A DNA stretch of 64,000 nucleotides from a bacterium (GTDB taxonomy: Bacteria; UBA8248), in the NCBI GenBank assembly GCA_965203325.1, contig OZ241875.1, positions 3,808,001 to 3,872,000 of the forward strand, given 5' to 3'. The translations under genes and the position numbers were made by a program. Positions 1 to 9,638 of this stretch are shown piece after piece. Below the pieces are notes generated by a model. The model saw only the letters and a list, made by a program, of their open reading frames with translations, was not told the origin of the DNA and searched no databases. The number at the start of each line of letters is the position of its first letter. Position 1 is the stretch's first letter.

Positions 1-2
1 AG

Positions 3-677
3 ATGCAGGAGGGCCTCGAAGTGATGACCCGCCTGCTGGAGGGGGAATGCCTCACCTATCACGGGAAGCACTACAGCTGCGTCGACGCGGAGATTTTCCC
101 CAAACCCATCCAGAAGCCGCGCCCCCCTATCTGGCTGGCCGGCACGAGCCCTGAAACCTACGTCTTCGCAGGCCAGAGGGGATACAACATCATGGCGTCG
201 GGAACCTTCAAGGGGCCGGACGTGTATCTCGAGAAAATGGCGCTCTTCCAGGAAACCGTGCGGGGCCGGGGCGGCGACCCGAACGATTATCCCTCCCTCA
301 TGGCGCATCACGTCCACGTGTGCGACGACCCTGAACATGCCTGGAGGCAAATCGAACCCTCCGAATCCTGGTACCTCTCCTACCGAAGTGCCGTGAATTC
401 CATCGAAATGCCGCTGGAGGAGAAAGAGGCCCTCAAGCGCAACTGGAGCTACGACGTCGACATCCGCCAGGTCATCGAGGGCGGCGGCGTCATCGGCCCG
501 CCCGATAAGGTGATCGCCGATCTCAAGCGGCTCCAGGCGGAGTTTCAGGTGAATCACATCATGATCTTCGTGCTGCGCGGCATCGCCCAGGACGAGGCGA
601 TTGAATCCATAGAGCGGTTCGCGAAAGAGGTGATGCCCGCGTTCGCAGAAGAGCGCGCGGCGAGTTCGAGCGATTAA
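3..677 (+). CDS. LLM-class flavin-dependent (luciferase-like) monooxygenase, 5'-truncated by window edge
   Basis: PKPIQKPRPPIWLAGTS and IGPPDKVIADL...SIERFAKEVMPAF motifs typical of the LLM C-terminal half. Confidence 0.85.
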   Translation: MQEGLEVMTRLLEGECLTYHGKHYSCVDAEIFPKPIQKPRPPIWLAGTSPETYVFAGQRGYNIMASGTFKGPDVYLEKMALFQETVRGRGGDPNDYPSLMAHHVHVCDDPEHAWRQIEPSESWYLSYRSAVNSIEMPLEEKEALKRNWSYDVDIRQVIEGGGVIGPPDKVIADLKRLQAEFQVNHIMIFVLRGIAQDEAIESIERFAKEVMPAFAEERAASSSD

Positions 678-701
678 CATCGGTATCGAGGAGAGAGGAG
701 A

Positions 702-1301
702 ATGTGGATATCCCCATTAAGGCTGAATGACGCCGAAGAACCCGCGCGCGGCATACTCGAAGGCATCCGGGAGAAACGAGGCGCGGTGCCCAAGCTGCTG
801 CTCACGATGGCGCGCAGGCCCCAGGTTCTGAACGGACGCCAGACGATGAACATGGCCGTCCACGGCGGCAATTCGACGCTGGGCCAGAGGCGCGAGGAGC
901 TGATCTCCTACTACGTCGCCACCATCGGCGGGTGCTATGGCTGAACGATGAACCATGGCCAAGCTTTCCGTGCTGAAAGCGGCGACGACGTAACGCTGGC
1001 CGACGTGGCCACCGTGGTGACGGACAGGGACAATTCTCCGGCCCTCGACGATGCGGACAAGGTGATGCTCGCCTTCGCCGAAAAACTCACGTTCGACCAC
1101 TACGCCATGAGCGAAGCGGACCTGGACTCGCTGCGCGAGGCGGGCTTCTCGGATGAGAACGTGCTGGACATCATCGGCTCGGTGTCGTACCGGAACATGA
1201 GTAACCGGCTGAACATCGCGCTCGGTCTGGACGCCATAGAACCCGAAGGCCCCGATGAGTTGATGGAGGTGGTGCGCTTCTCCCGAACCGCGCGGGCTTG
1301 A
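702..1301 (+). CDS. AhpD/carboxymuconolactone-decarboxylase-like peroxidase-related protein, probable selenoprotein (UGA at 942-944 read as Sec)
   Basis: ORFs 702..944 and 948..1301 are in the same frame, separated only by TGA-ACG. Joined sequence RREELISYYVATIGG-CYG(U)-TMNH matches the AhpD CxxCxxxH motif. C-terminal half has AFAEKLT...DLDSLREAGFSDE...NRLN. A hairpin follows the TGA. Confidence 0.8.
958..983 (+). promoter_or_regulatory. Putative bacterial SECIS hairpin
   Basis: GCC-AA-GCTTTC-CGTGCT-GAAAGC-GGC stem-loop starting 13 nt after the in-frame TGA, with G in the apical loop. Confidence 0.65.
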
Positions 1302-1420
1302 CGACATACATCCGTTCGCCGGCCTTTTGACGCCTGGCCGGTGATTATCAGGCGATTGCTTGCCATCGTTCATTTGCGGTCCACCCAGGCCGCGAAACAA
1401 CGCAGAAAGGAACCGTTTCT

Positions 1421-2191
1421 ATGTCAGACCTCACCATCCGTCCGCTGAACTGCGGCACCATCCATACGGATTACTCCAACATGGTGTATTGGACGAATTT
1501 CGGGACGAAACTCGAGATTCCCTCGTTCATCTACATGATCGAGGGGGCGAAGGATCACGACGGCAATGACGTGAAGGTCGTGGTCGACACCAGTTTTCTG
1601 GACCCCGAGCGCGGCGGCGCCCCCTGGCCCGCGAGCCGGGAGCCCGGCCAGGGCGTGCGCGAACAGTTGGAAGGCGCCGGCTGGAAGCCCGAGGATGTGG
1701 ACATCCTCATCCTTTCGCACCTCCACTGGGACCATTCGCAGAACTGCGATCTCTTCACCAACGCGGTCAAGTACGTCTGGGCGGAGGAGCTCCAATACTC
1801 CATGTGTCCGGTTGCGCTGCAGGCGAAGCCCTACGACGCGCCGGTCCACCCCAACACCCGCTGGCCGGTGATCGCCCAGCAGGGCATCATCTTCGAGCCC
1901 ATCTGGAAGGACAATACCGAGATCGTGCCGGGCGTCACCTATTTCCACACGCCGGGCCATACGCCGGGGCACTGCTCGGTCGCCGTGGAGACGCGCGTGG
2001 GCACCTACGTCATCGCCGCCGACGTCATCCAGATAAACGAAGGCCTCGAGCGCCGCGTTCCCGCCGGCCAGATGTCGAGCATGCGCGACGCGATGGATTC
2101 CATCCACAAGTGCATCGAGCGCGCCACGAAGGAGGAATATATCCTGCCCGGGCACGAGATTACCGTGCTCGAGAAGGAAGTGTATCCATAA
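1421..2191 (+). CDS. Metallo-beta-lactamase fold hydrolase, N-acyl-homoserine lactonase family
   Basis: SHLHWDH, TPGHTPGH, AAD and PGHE motifs. Confidence 0.85.
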   Translation: MSDLTIRPLNCGTIHTDYSNMVYWTNFGTKLEIPSFIYMIEGAKDHDGNDVKVVVDTSFLDPERGGAPWPASREPGQGVREQLEGAGWKPEDVDILILSHLHWDHSQNCDLFTNAVKYVWAEELQYSMCPVALQAKPYDAPVHPNTRWPVIAQQGIIFEPIWKDNTEIVPGVTYFHTPGHTPGHCSVAVETRVGTYVIAADVIQINEGLERRVPAGQMSSMRDAMDSIHKCIERATKEEYILPGHEITVLEKEVYP

Positions 2192-2245
2192 AAGCGGAAA
2201 ACCAGGGCGCAGCAGTTGCGCGCCTTCGTTCAGGGAGGATTCACG

Positions 2246-2623
2246 ATGGCGATGAGCGAGCGGGGCAGGGCCTTGTACGAGGAGATGAAGGCGGCGCGGG
2301 GATTCATTTATCCGGCGTACGAACTCCTGTGCGAGGTGGACCCGGAGCTTCTCGAGAACTACGAGAACTTGAAGAACCACATCATGAAGAAACAGGGCCC
2401 CTTTCACGAGAAATACAAGGAGCTCTTCATCGCCGTGGCGAGCGCCTCGCGCGACCCCTCCGATACCGAGGGCATCAAGAACCACCTGAAGAAAGCGCTG
2501 CAGCTCGGCGCGACCGTCGAGGAGGCGACCGAGGCGCTCGAATGCATGTTGCCCCCCTGCGGGATGACGGCGCTCGTGGCCGGCTGCACGCAGCTCAAGG
2601 AGGTGATCGACGAGGGGTATTAA
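2246..2623 (+). CDS. Carboxymuconolactone decarboxylase family protein
   Basis: KYKELFIAVA...IKNHLKKALQLGATVEE; GGAGG RBS before ATG 2246. Confidence 0.75.
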   Translation: MAMSERGRALYEEMKAARGFIYPAYELLCEVDPELLENYENLKNHIMKKQGPFHEKYKELFIAVASASRDPSDTEGIKNHLKKALQLGATVEEATEALECMLPPCGMTALVAGCTQLKEVIDEGY

Positions 2624-2644
2624 CTCAAAACCTATAGTGAACCG

Positions 2645-2681
2645 ACCGGGGGAGCGCGAAAACTCCCCCGGTTTTTTGTTT
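2645..2681 (+). terminator. Rho-independent terminator
   Basis: ACCGGGGGAG-loop-CTCCCCCGGT followed by a T tract. Confidence 0.85.
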
Positions 2682-2711
2682 GCGGAGATATGAGGGATAC
2701 CACGCGAACCT

Positions 2712-2739
2712 GTAGGGACAGGTCGCGACCTGTCCCTAC
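2712..2739. repeat. GTAG-type REP-like perfect 28-bp palindrome
   Basis: GTAGGGACAGGTCG/CGACCTGTCCCTAC. Confidence 0.7.
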
Positions 2740-2772
2740 GCACTACCCGGTTAAAATTGCTGAGCGCCCTTG

Positions 2773-3016
2773 AAAATCACTCCCCCCTTGAGGGTCTGGC
2801 TTCCCGAGGGGAAAGCCAGACGGTGAGGTGAGGGGGTATTTGCCCGAAACCGAACCGGTGGGGGGTTAAAACCGACCGAGGAGGGAGGTTTTGCGTGCCA
2901 TTGATTTCCTCCTCCGTAAGCAATCGCTCCTTCATCAGTCGCGATTGACCCCCCACCGAATCGGCCTTCGCCAAGGCTCGGCCTCTTCGACTCCCCCTCA
3001 AGGGGGGAGTGATTTT
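2773..3016. repeat. MITE-like palindromic repeat family A, copy 1
   Basis: Terminal IR AAAATCACTCCCCCCTTGAGGG/CCCTCAAGGGGGGAGTGATTTT, inner IR GGTGGGGGG/CCCCCCACC; related copies at 8343, 10950 and 12741. Confidence 0.85.
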
Positions 3017-3138
3017 CCTCTCTCCTTGGATTGTAATGACTCTTTCTTAAGGGGGGCGTGGATAATCTGCCCTTCGTTTTCGAATGGAAATGAATTATCA
3101 CGGTGTCATTTATTTCGGGAGTTGCGCATTTATCATAA

Positions 3139-3161
3139 AAGATGTATATAATATACATGTA
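3139..3161 (+). promoter_or_regulatory. NsrR-type operator
   Basis: AAGATGTATAT-A-ATATACATGTA fits the GATGYAT-N5-ATRCAT NsrR box, just upstream of the Rrf2 gene RBS. Confidence 0.75.
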
Positions 3162-3176
3162 TAGGAGGCGTATCCC

Positions 3177-3617
3177 ATGCGGCTGACCGTTCAGACAGAC
3201 TATGCCCTCAGGATGCTGATGCACCTGGCCTGCCACGCCGGTGCTTTGGTCACGATCCACGAGATCGCGGAGCGATACGGGATCTCGAAAAACCATTTGA
3301 TGAAGGTCGCACATGCGTTGGGCCGCGCAGGGCATATTGAGGCGATTCGCGGGCGCAACGGCGGCCTCCGGCTCGCCAGGCCGGCGGCGAAGATTCCCGT
3401 CGGGACGGTGGCGAGGCACACCGAACAAAACAGCCCCCTCGTCGAGTGTTTTCCGGGCGGAAGCGGGGGGTGCCTGGTGATGCCGCACTGCAGGCTGAAG
3501 AGCGTTCTGGCCGAAGCGCAGGAAGCCTTTTTCACCGTTCTCGATCGCTATACCATCCACGATCTGGTGAAACGCAATCCGGCGCTTCTCGAATTGCTTG
3601 CAGGAGACAGCGCATGA
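3177..3617 (+). CDS. nsrR: Rrf2-family NO-sensing transcriptional repressor
   Basis: MRLTVQTDYALRML, ISKNHLMKV, RGRNGGLRLA and three Fe-S Cys (LVECF..CLV..CRLK). Confidence 0.85.
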   Translation: MRLTVQTDYALRMLMHLACHAGALVTIHEIAERYGISKNHLMKVAHALGRAGHIEAIRGRNGGLRLARPAAKIPVGTVARHTEQNSPLVECFPGGSGGCLVMPHCRLKSVLAEAQEAFFTVLDRYTIHDLVKRNPALLELLAGDSA

Positions 3618-4063
3618 ACACCACACATCTCAACATCGTGGGAGAACGCCGGGCAGAAGTCCAGGCGAAAGCCGCCGCGATGGGGGTCGACGAGGCTTAC
3701 GTCTCTGAGCTCGTGAATGCTTTCTACAGCCGCATCCGTGAAGATCGGCTACTCGGGCCGATATTCGATGAAGCCATTCGCGATAGATGGGGGCATCACC
3801 TCGAGAAGATGAAGGATTTCTGGGCGACGGTGGCCTTGAACGCCGGGCGTTATTCGGGGGAACCGATTCAGGCCCACAAGAAACTCGTGGAGGTCCAGTC
3901 GTGGCATTTCGACGTCTGGCTGGAAATGTTCGAAGAAACCTTGAGAGACACGGCGCCGACGCCGGAGGCGGCCGCCTATTTCATGGAGTACGCCGTGCAA
4001 ATCGCCAAAGGGCTGCGAATCGCCATGTACGGCGCGGGCGGTTCCGGGCACCCGGTGGCGTGA
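3614..4063 (+). CDS. Group III truncated haemoglobin
   Basis: LVNAFYSRIREDRLLGPIF, WGHHLEKMKDFW, YSGEPIQAH, HFDVWLEMF; ATGA overlap with nsrR. Confidence 0.9.
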   Translation: MNTTHLNIVGERRAEVQAKAAAMGVDEAYVSELVNAFYSRIREDRLLGPIFDEAIRDRWGHHLEKMKDFWATVALNAGRYSGEPIQAHKKLVEVQSWHFDVWLEMFEETLRDTAPTPEAAAYFMEYAVQIAKGLRIAMYGAGGSGHPVA

Positions 4064-4148
4064 GCAATGATGCGGCATTCATCCTCGCGCCCATGTTCCG
4101 TGCCGCCGGCATTGGCGCATCACGCAACTCCGAATGGGAGGATTCGAT

Positions 4149-4430
4149 ATGATTGAGAGTGTACCGGCAGGACTCGTCAAATTCTACGAAAGCAAAGTCT
4201 TCACCGAGAAGACGGTCCCCAAAAAACTCAAGACCCTGCACGATACGAAGCCCGGCATCTGGGCCAGAATCGTGGTGCTCGAAGGCTGCCTCGACTATGT
4301 CATTCCGGATTCGCCCGAGCGGAGTCGCCGCCTGGAAAGCGGCGATTACGGCGTCATCCGTCCCACCGAACCCCACCGCGTGGAACTCCTCGAAAAAGTG
4401 CGGTTCAAGCTGGAATTTCTAGGCGCGTAG
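4149..4430 (+). CDS. DUF1971 (YeaR/TehB N-terminal-like) cupin protein
   Basis: FTEKTVP..L...HDTKPGIWARIVVLEG.LDY...PTEPHRVE; GGAGG RBS. Confidence 0.8.
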   Translation: MIESVPAGLVKFYESKVFTEKTVPKKLKTLHDTKPGIWARIVVLEGCLDYVIPDSPERSRRLESGDYGVIRPTEPHRVELLEKVRFKLEFLGA

Positions 4431-4477
4431 ACGCGTACCGGTATTCGCGCGGACTCCCGGTTTCCTCGGGCCTCTCT

Positions 4478-5686
4478 CTAACCCCCGCCGCAGTGCGCCC
4501 GGGCGGCGGTGGCGAACATGCCGGCGGCGTCGACGAGGTTCTGCGCCGGTACGCGCTCGTTCGGCAGATGGGCTTCGGAGATGAACTCGCCGGGGCCGAA
4601 GAAGACGCCCGGAATCCCGTTCTCGATGAAGAGCCTGAGTGCGCCCGGAGACTCGATGCCGGGCAGGTATTCGTTGGGCGTCCCCCGCACGGCGGGCACG
4701 ACTTGCTCCATGAGCTGCACGACGGGCTCGTCTTCTGCGATTTCGGTCACCTCGCGCGCGCCGCTCGGCATAATCTCCAACGATGCGTCGAGTTCGGGGT
4801 CGTCCGCCGCGAGTTCTGCGAGGATGCCCTCTAAAGTCTCCTTGACGCCGGCGGAGGTCTGCCCCGGCAGCATGCGCACGTCGAAGGTGGCGCTGCATCT
4901 GCCGCCCACGACGTTCACGGCGGAGCCTCCGTTGATGGTGGAAAAGGCGAGGGTGCCCGGTCCCAGGAAAGGATGCGGCGGAGGTGCGATGCGCTCGGCC
5001 CGGAAGGCGCCGATGATCTTCGCCATCTTCTCGATGGCGTTGACGCCCTTCTCGGGCACGCTCACGTGGACGGAGCGGCCGCGCACTTTTACTTCAAAGA
5101 ACACCCGCCCCTTGAAGGAGCGGATGATGTTGTTGCCCGTCGATTCGGTGTAGAGCACCATGTCGCCGCCCAGTTCCCTGAAAACGCCGTGGTTCACGAG
5201 CGACTGCGCGCCGTAGAAATCGCCCTTCTCGCCGTCTGAGAGCAGCACCCAGGTAAGGGTGCCGTTCAGCGAGATATTCTCGTCCTTGAGCGCTTTCAAC
5301 GCGCCGATGGTGGACGCCAGCGCGCCCTTCATGTCGGCGGCGCCGCGTCCCCAGATTTCGCCGTCTTTCAACTCACCGCTGAAGGGGGGGACCTCCCAGG
5401 CGTCCACCTCTTCGGGGTGAACGGGCACGGTGTCCATGTGGCCGCCGATGACGAAATGCTCGCCCGGGCCGCCGTCGCCCGTCTGGATGATGAAGTTGGG
5501 CATCCCGGCCTCGTATTCGTGTGTGGTGATGTTATCGATGCCGATGGCTTTCAGTTCCGTGAGGATGCGCTCGGCCATCCCGGAGCAGTCACCGGGCGGG
5601 TTCTCAGCCGGTATGCGGATCAACTCCTGCGCGAGGCTGACGACGTAGTCCCCGTCCACGGGAACCGGTGCGATGGCGCTGTTCAT
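4478..5686 (-). CDS. M20 family metallopeptidase/deacylase (ArgE/DapE-like)
   Basis: GHMDTVP, GRGAADMKG, GRSVH, GVNAI and AHLPNE motifs. Confidence 0.9.
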   Translation of the reverse strand: MNSAIAPVPVDGDYVVSLAQELIRIPAENPPGDCSGMAERILTELKAIGIDNITTHEYEAGMPNFIIQTGDGGPGEHFVIGGHMDTVPVHPEEVDAWEVPPFSGELKDGEIWGRGAADMKGALASTIGALKALKDENISLNGTLTWVLLSDGEKGDFYGAQSLVNHGVFRELGGDMVLYTESTGNNIIRSFKGRVFFEVKVRGRSVHVSVPEKGVNAIEKMAKIIGAFRAERIAPPPHPFLGPGTLAFSTINGGSAVNVVGGRCSATFDVRMLPGQTSAGVKETLEGILAELAADDPELDASLEIMPSGAREVTEIAEDEPVVQLMEQVVPAVRGTPNEYLPGIESPGALRLFIENGIPGVFFGPGEFISEAHLPNERVPAQNLVDAAGMFATAARAHCGGG

Positions 5687-5854
5687 GAAAACTCCTTTGA
5701 AATGTGCGTAAAAGACCTGAGTTGACGATTTCTTCCTTATGGTCAATTCATAAAAAATCCGCCGGTTGAATTCATAATTTCTCCCACTAAAACTACTCCC
5801 TCATGCTTGGGTATTTCTCACTCCTGAGAGAATTTCAAATCCACGCTCCCTCAA

Positions 5855-6075
5855 GGGGTTGTTGAAAAAGCCTGATTTCGTGATTCGGTTCGACGGATGT
5901 GAAATTGTAGGGGTCGCATATATGCGACCCTGCCTTTTCGCCTGCCGACAATGGGCCGCATATATGCGGCCCCTACACGACCAATCACACCCCCTCGCAT
6001 CAAGCCGGCTTCCCCTCAACCGCTGCGTGAGACTGCATACCGTTCGTTCACAGGACCGGGTTATTCAACAGTCTC
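5855..6075. mobile_element. Non-autonomous MITE (family B) carrying a REP doublet, with a 5-bp CTCAA flanking duplication
   Basis: Imperfect TIR GGGGTTGTTGAAAAA/TTATTCAACAGTCTC; CTCAA at 5850-5854 and 6076-6080; internal GTAG REP pair at 5907-5976. Confidence 0.7.
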
Positions 6076-6187
6076 CTCAAGGGGGGAGAGGCTACATCGT
6101 TTCCTTGCAAATCCAAAATCCGACTACCGAGTTGCTAAATAATTCCCTGTTAGACCTCAGGCGAAGAGACCGCCCCGTTGGTTCTAC

Positions 6188-7372
6188 TTACAAATTCAGC
6201 GCGAGGCGGCTGACGGTGATTTCGGTTTCTTCCAGGATTTCCGCCCGCGTTCGTTTCCCGCTCAAGACGGCTGTCAACTCCTCGTGCAGGAGGTCCACGG
6301 CCTCGTCTCTCGAGAGTTCGCCGCGCATGACGCCGCTGATGTCGAGATCGGTGTTCTCCGCCATGCGGGCCGCCGTCCGGGGATTCGCCGTCACCTTGAT
6401 GGTGGGGGAGACGGGGTGGCCGATGGGGTTTCCGTTGCCCGTGTTGAAGACGATGGCCTGCGACCCGCACGCACCAAGCGCCGTGACGTTCTCCACACCC
6501 GCGCTCGGCGCGTCCAGGAAAACGCAGCCGCGCCGGCTCGTCCGCTCGCCCGGGACGATGACGTCGGCGATGTCGCGCGTCCCCGCTTTTTTCACCGCGC
6601 CCAGGCTTTTCTCCTCAATCGAGGAAAGCCCGCCCTGGATGTTGTCCTCCGTCGGGTTGCAGCCGATGATGTCCATCCCCATCTCGTGGGCGTAGTCCAT
6701 CGTGCGCTTCACCGCCCCCAGCAGCTTCCGCCGCACCTTCGGGCTGGCCGCCCGCTTCGCGAGAAGATGCTCGGCGCCGACGATCTCCATGGTTTCAGAA
6801 AATAAAACGACGCCGCCTGCGTCCACGATCCTGTCCGCCAAGACGCCCGTGACCGGGTTCGCCACCAGGCCGCTCGTGGTGTCCGAGCCGCCGCATTCCG
6901 TGCCCAGGGTAAGCTCGGACAGATCGCACCGTCTGCGCCTCGCGGCGCTCAGGTGGCGGTAGAGCTTCTGGGCGATCTCCACCCCCCGGCTCGCCGTCTG
7001 GAGCGTGCCGCCCGTCTCGTGGACCGTGAGGGTCTCGACAGGCATCCAGGGCGATGCCTCCGCCGCCACGTCCGCCACGTCCTGCGCGCTCTTGGGCTCG
7101 AGACTCACGACGATGGCCGCGCCCACGTTCGGGTGGCCCGCCGTGCGGCCCATCACCCGGTAGTGCTGCCGCTCGTCCTCGCCGAAAAGGTTTCTCCCGA
7201 ATGTTGTGTTCACGACGACCGCCTCGCGCACGAGTTTCCCGATGCGCCGCGCGAGGGGGTTGGCGTTGTCCATCGCGCTCACGACGACGAGGTGGTTCCT
7301 CGCGCCAGGTGCTCCGCTCGGCCGCCTGTAGCCCATGAAGGTGTTGCTCGGTTTTCTTCTCGGCAAGTTCAA
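6188..7372 (-). CDS. UxaA-family dehydratase large subunit (altronate/sulfolactate lyase-like)
   Basis: FMGYRRPSG..GARNH, ECGGSDTTSGL.ANP, GGLSSIEEKSLG, FNTGNG. Confidence 0.85.
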   Translation of the reverse strand: MNLPRRKPSNTFMGYRRPSGAPGARNHLVVVSAMDNANPLARRIGKLVREAVVVNTTFGRNLFGEDERQHYRVMGRTAGHPNVGAAIVVSLEPKSAQDVADVAAEASPWMPVETLTVHETGGTLQTASRGVEIAQKLYRHLSAARRRRCDLSELTLGTECGGSDTTSGLVANPVTGVLADRIVDAGGVVLFSETMEIVGAEHLLAKRAASPKVRRKLLGAVKRTMDYAHEMGMDIIGCNPTEDNIQGGLSSIEEKSLGAVKKAGTRDIADVIVPGERTSRRGCVFLDAPSAGVENVTALGACGSQAIVFNTGNGNPIGHPVSPTIKVTANPRTAARMAENTDLDISGVMRGELSRDEAVDLLHEELTAVLSGKRTRAEILEETEITVSRLALNL

Positions 7373-7408
7373 TCTCCTGTTTTGGTGTAAGAGTCGTTTG
7401 CCGCGCTT

Positions 7409-8239
7409 TCAATCCTCAAACGGCGCGGGGCGGTGGTGGACGTTCACCTCGCGCGCCTTGATATACTCGATCACGCCGATGAGCCTTTCCACCACGGCCT
7501 CGTGGAAGGCGCGCCCTTTCTCTTCGGTCGCGGCCGTCGGGTCGCCGGATTGTCCCTGATCCCCGATTTCGGCGCGGTATTCGCCCACCGTCTTGGGGTA
7601 GAAAAAGCGCGGCGCATCCACGCCCGGATCGCTGATGTGGTGCCCCGTCATCCACTCAGGGTTCGGGTTCGAGTTCTGAGGCGTGGCTTTCTCCATGTCC
7701 ACGAGGTGGGAATACATGTGGAGCGCGTGCGAGGTTTCCAGTTCGCACGCGTGGCCCTGTCCGCCGGGGGGCGTGGTCCTGATTTCGGGAATCCTGTCGA
7801 AGGCGATGATGCCCACGTCCACGACGGCGAGCGCCGCCCCGGTTTTCTGCCGCATCTGGTTCACGGCGATCTCGAGCGGCGCCAAATTGGCCCGCCTGTG
7901 TCCGTTCACCAGGATCACCCGATTGAAGCCGTGGTAGAGGAGGCTCGCCATGATGTCGGTCACGACGGCGGTCAGAGTCTCGGGCCTCAGCGTAATCGTG
8001 CCCGTGAGCGCCATGTGGTTGTTGGTCCAGCCGTACCAGAGGGTGGGGTAGACCAGAACGCCCGCGCGTCGGCCCGCGTCCTGGGCGACGTGGTGGGCGG
8101 CGAGCGCGTCGTGGCCCATGGGCATGTGCGGGCCGTGCTGCTCGATGCTTCCCACGGGCAGGATGACCAGATCGTTTCCCGAATCCAGGTATTCGCGCAC
8201 CTCGCGCCAGCTTTTCTCATGCGCCCAGGGGGTGTCCAT
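7409..8239 (-). CDS. Creatininase/creatinine amidohydrolase family protein
   Basis: LPVGSIEQHGPHMP.G.D, VNGH, HACELETS, GDPTAATEEKG. Confidence 0.9.
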   Translation of the reverse strand: MDTPWAHEKSWREVREYLDSGNDLVILPVGSIEQHGPHMPMGHDALAAHHVAQDAGRRAGVLVYPTLWYGWTNNHMALTGTITLRPETLTAVVTDIMASLLYHGFNRVILVNGHRRANLAPLEIAVNQMRQKTGAALAVVDVGIIAFDRIPEIRTTPPGGQGHACELETSHALHMYSHLVDMEKATPQNSNPNPEWMTGHHISDPGVDAPRFFYPKTVGEYRAEIGDQGQSGDPTAATEEKGRAFHEAVVERLIGVIEYIKAREVNVHHRPAPFED

Positions 8240-8342
8240 GGCTTTTCTCCTCTCGTGTGGGGGTTATTGAAAAACCCCTCGTCGGGGCTGTTGAAAAAGC
8301 CCGGATAAACGATGGTTTGACTCGCCCGATAAATGAGCAAGA

Positions 8343-8510
8343 TTCACTCCCCCCTTGAGGGGGAGTCAGTGAGCTAAGGGCGCAAGCCCGCAAGCGAACT
8401 GGTGGGGGGATGGTTTTCAGTTATAATTTCCAAGTAAAAACTCCCCCCACCGATTCAGCCTTCGCATAAAACGCTCGGCTTCATCGACTCCCCCTCAAGG
8501 GGGGAGTGAA
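8343..8510. repeat. MITE-like repeat family A, copy 2
   Basis: Same terminal and inner inverted repeats as the copy at 2773. Confidence 0.85.
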
Positions 8511-8587
8511 GTTTCCTACCTCCCCAGTCAACTCCATATGCCAAATCACAAAATCAGGGCTTTTTCAAAAACTCCATATGGATTCTA

Positions 8588-8920
8588 CTAAAACAACAGG
8601 CTGCGCAGGCCCGGAAACAGCATGAACGCGCAAACGCCCGCGCCGAGGCCCGCGAGCAGGTTTTTCCGGGCAGCATAGAAGACGCCCACGCAGACCGCCA
8701 GCCCCGCGAGGCGGTCGATGAGGTGTGATTCCGCGAGCGCGCCGCCGGGCAGCAGGATGATCTTCATCATCAGGCCGGTGGCGATGGCGTAGGCCACGCA
8801 GGTCACCCACTCGAATATGGGGCTGTCGTCCTCGATCCGGCCCGCGATGAGCACGCCCATCCAGCGCCACGAATACGTGCAGACGATGGCGATTCCCAAT
8901 AAAGTCGCGGCGTCAGGCAT
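8588..8920 (-). CDS. AzlD-domain membrane protein
   Basis: TYSWRWMG motif, hydrophobic, overlaps the 3' end of the azlC-like gene. Confidence 0.75.
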   Translation of the reverse strand: MPDAATLLGIAIVCTYSWRWMGVLIAGRIEDDSPIFEWVTCVAYAIATGLMMKIILLPGGALAESHLIDRLAGLAVCVGVFYAARKNLLAGLGAGVCAFMLFPGLRSLLF

Positions 8921-9638
8921 TGCGCTTCCTCGCTCTGCCGATAGCGAACGCGAGCGTTCCGGCCAGGACGCCGCCCGTGAGAAGCCCCCAGTTGGTGGAG
9001 ACGAGATAGCCCGCCGGTACGAGGGCGCAGCCGAGCACCACCGACAGGAGAACCGCGCGCCGGCTGCTCTGGGCGGCCAGCAGCAGCATGAAGAGCGGCG
9101 TGATGAGCATGAGCGTGCGCGCGATGAGGCCGGGCATCCTGGCGGCCATCGTGTAGCCGAACGCCGTGCCGAGAAGCCCCATGGACATGCAGGCGGTCGT
9201 GAAGCCGAAGAAATAGGCGGCGCGCAGGTTTTTCTCCGGGACGTGGCGGCACATCTCGACGACCTGGACGAACGAGGTCACCGAGTTGACGTGGGCCATC
9301 CAGAAATGCACGTTCTCGACGCCGGGGCGTTTTCGCAGCAGCGGCATGGTGGCGATGGTGAGCGGGAACATCCGCACGTTGGCGATGGTGACCGAGGCGA
9401 TGAGCGCGACACCCCCGACGCCGGCGGCGAAAAGCTCCACGAAGGCCACCTGGCCCGGCGTGCTCCACATGCCGCCCGTCATGCCCAACGCGATCAGGAG
9501 CGAGACGCCGCTGTCCTTCGCGAGCGCGCCGAAACCCGACATGGCGGCGAAAAGCCCGATGCCGGGCGCCTGGGTGCAATGCTTCATCCCCTGGCGGAAA
9601 TAGGCGCCCCATGTCTTCTCGGTGCGGCGAAAATCCAT
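8913..9638 (-). CDS. AzlC-family branched-chain amino acid permease
   Basis: GFGALAKDSG...PGQV...ANVRMFP, multiple TM segments. Confidence 0.8.
   Translation of the reverse strand: MDFRRTEKTWGAYFRQGMKHCTQAPGIGLFAAMSGFGALAKDSGVSLLIALGMTGGMWSTPGQVAFVELFAAGVGGVALIASVTIANVRMFPLTIATMPLLRKRPGVENVHFWMAHVNSVTSFVQVVEMCRHVPEKNLRAAYFFGFTTACMSMGLLGTAFGYTMAARMPGLIARTLMLITPLFMLLLAAQSSRRAVLLSVVLGCALVPAGYLVSTNWGLLTGGVLAGTLAFAIGRARKRNA

Noticed and set aside
2751..3151. ORFs reading through the palindromic repeats (TPPLRG/PLKGG peptides)
   Set aside because: These are translations of non-coding MITE-like repeats that recur at every copy
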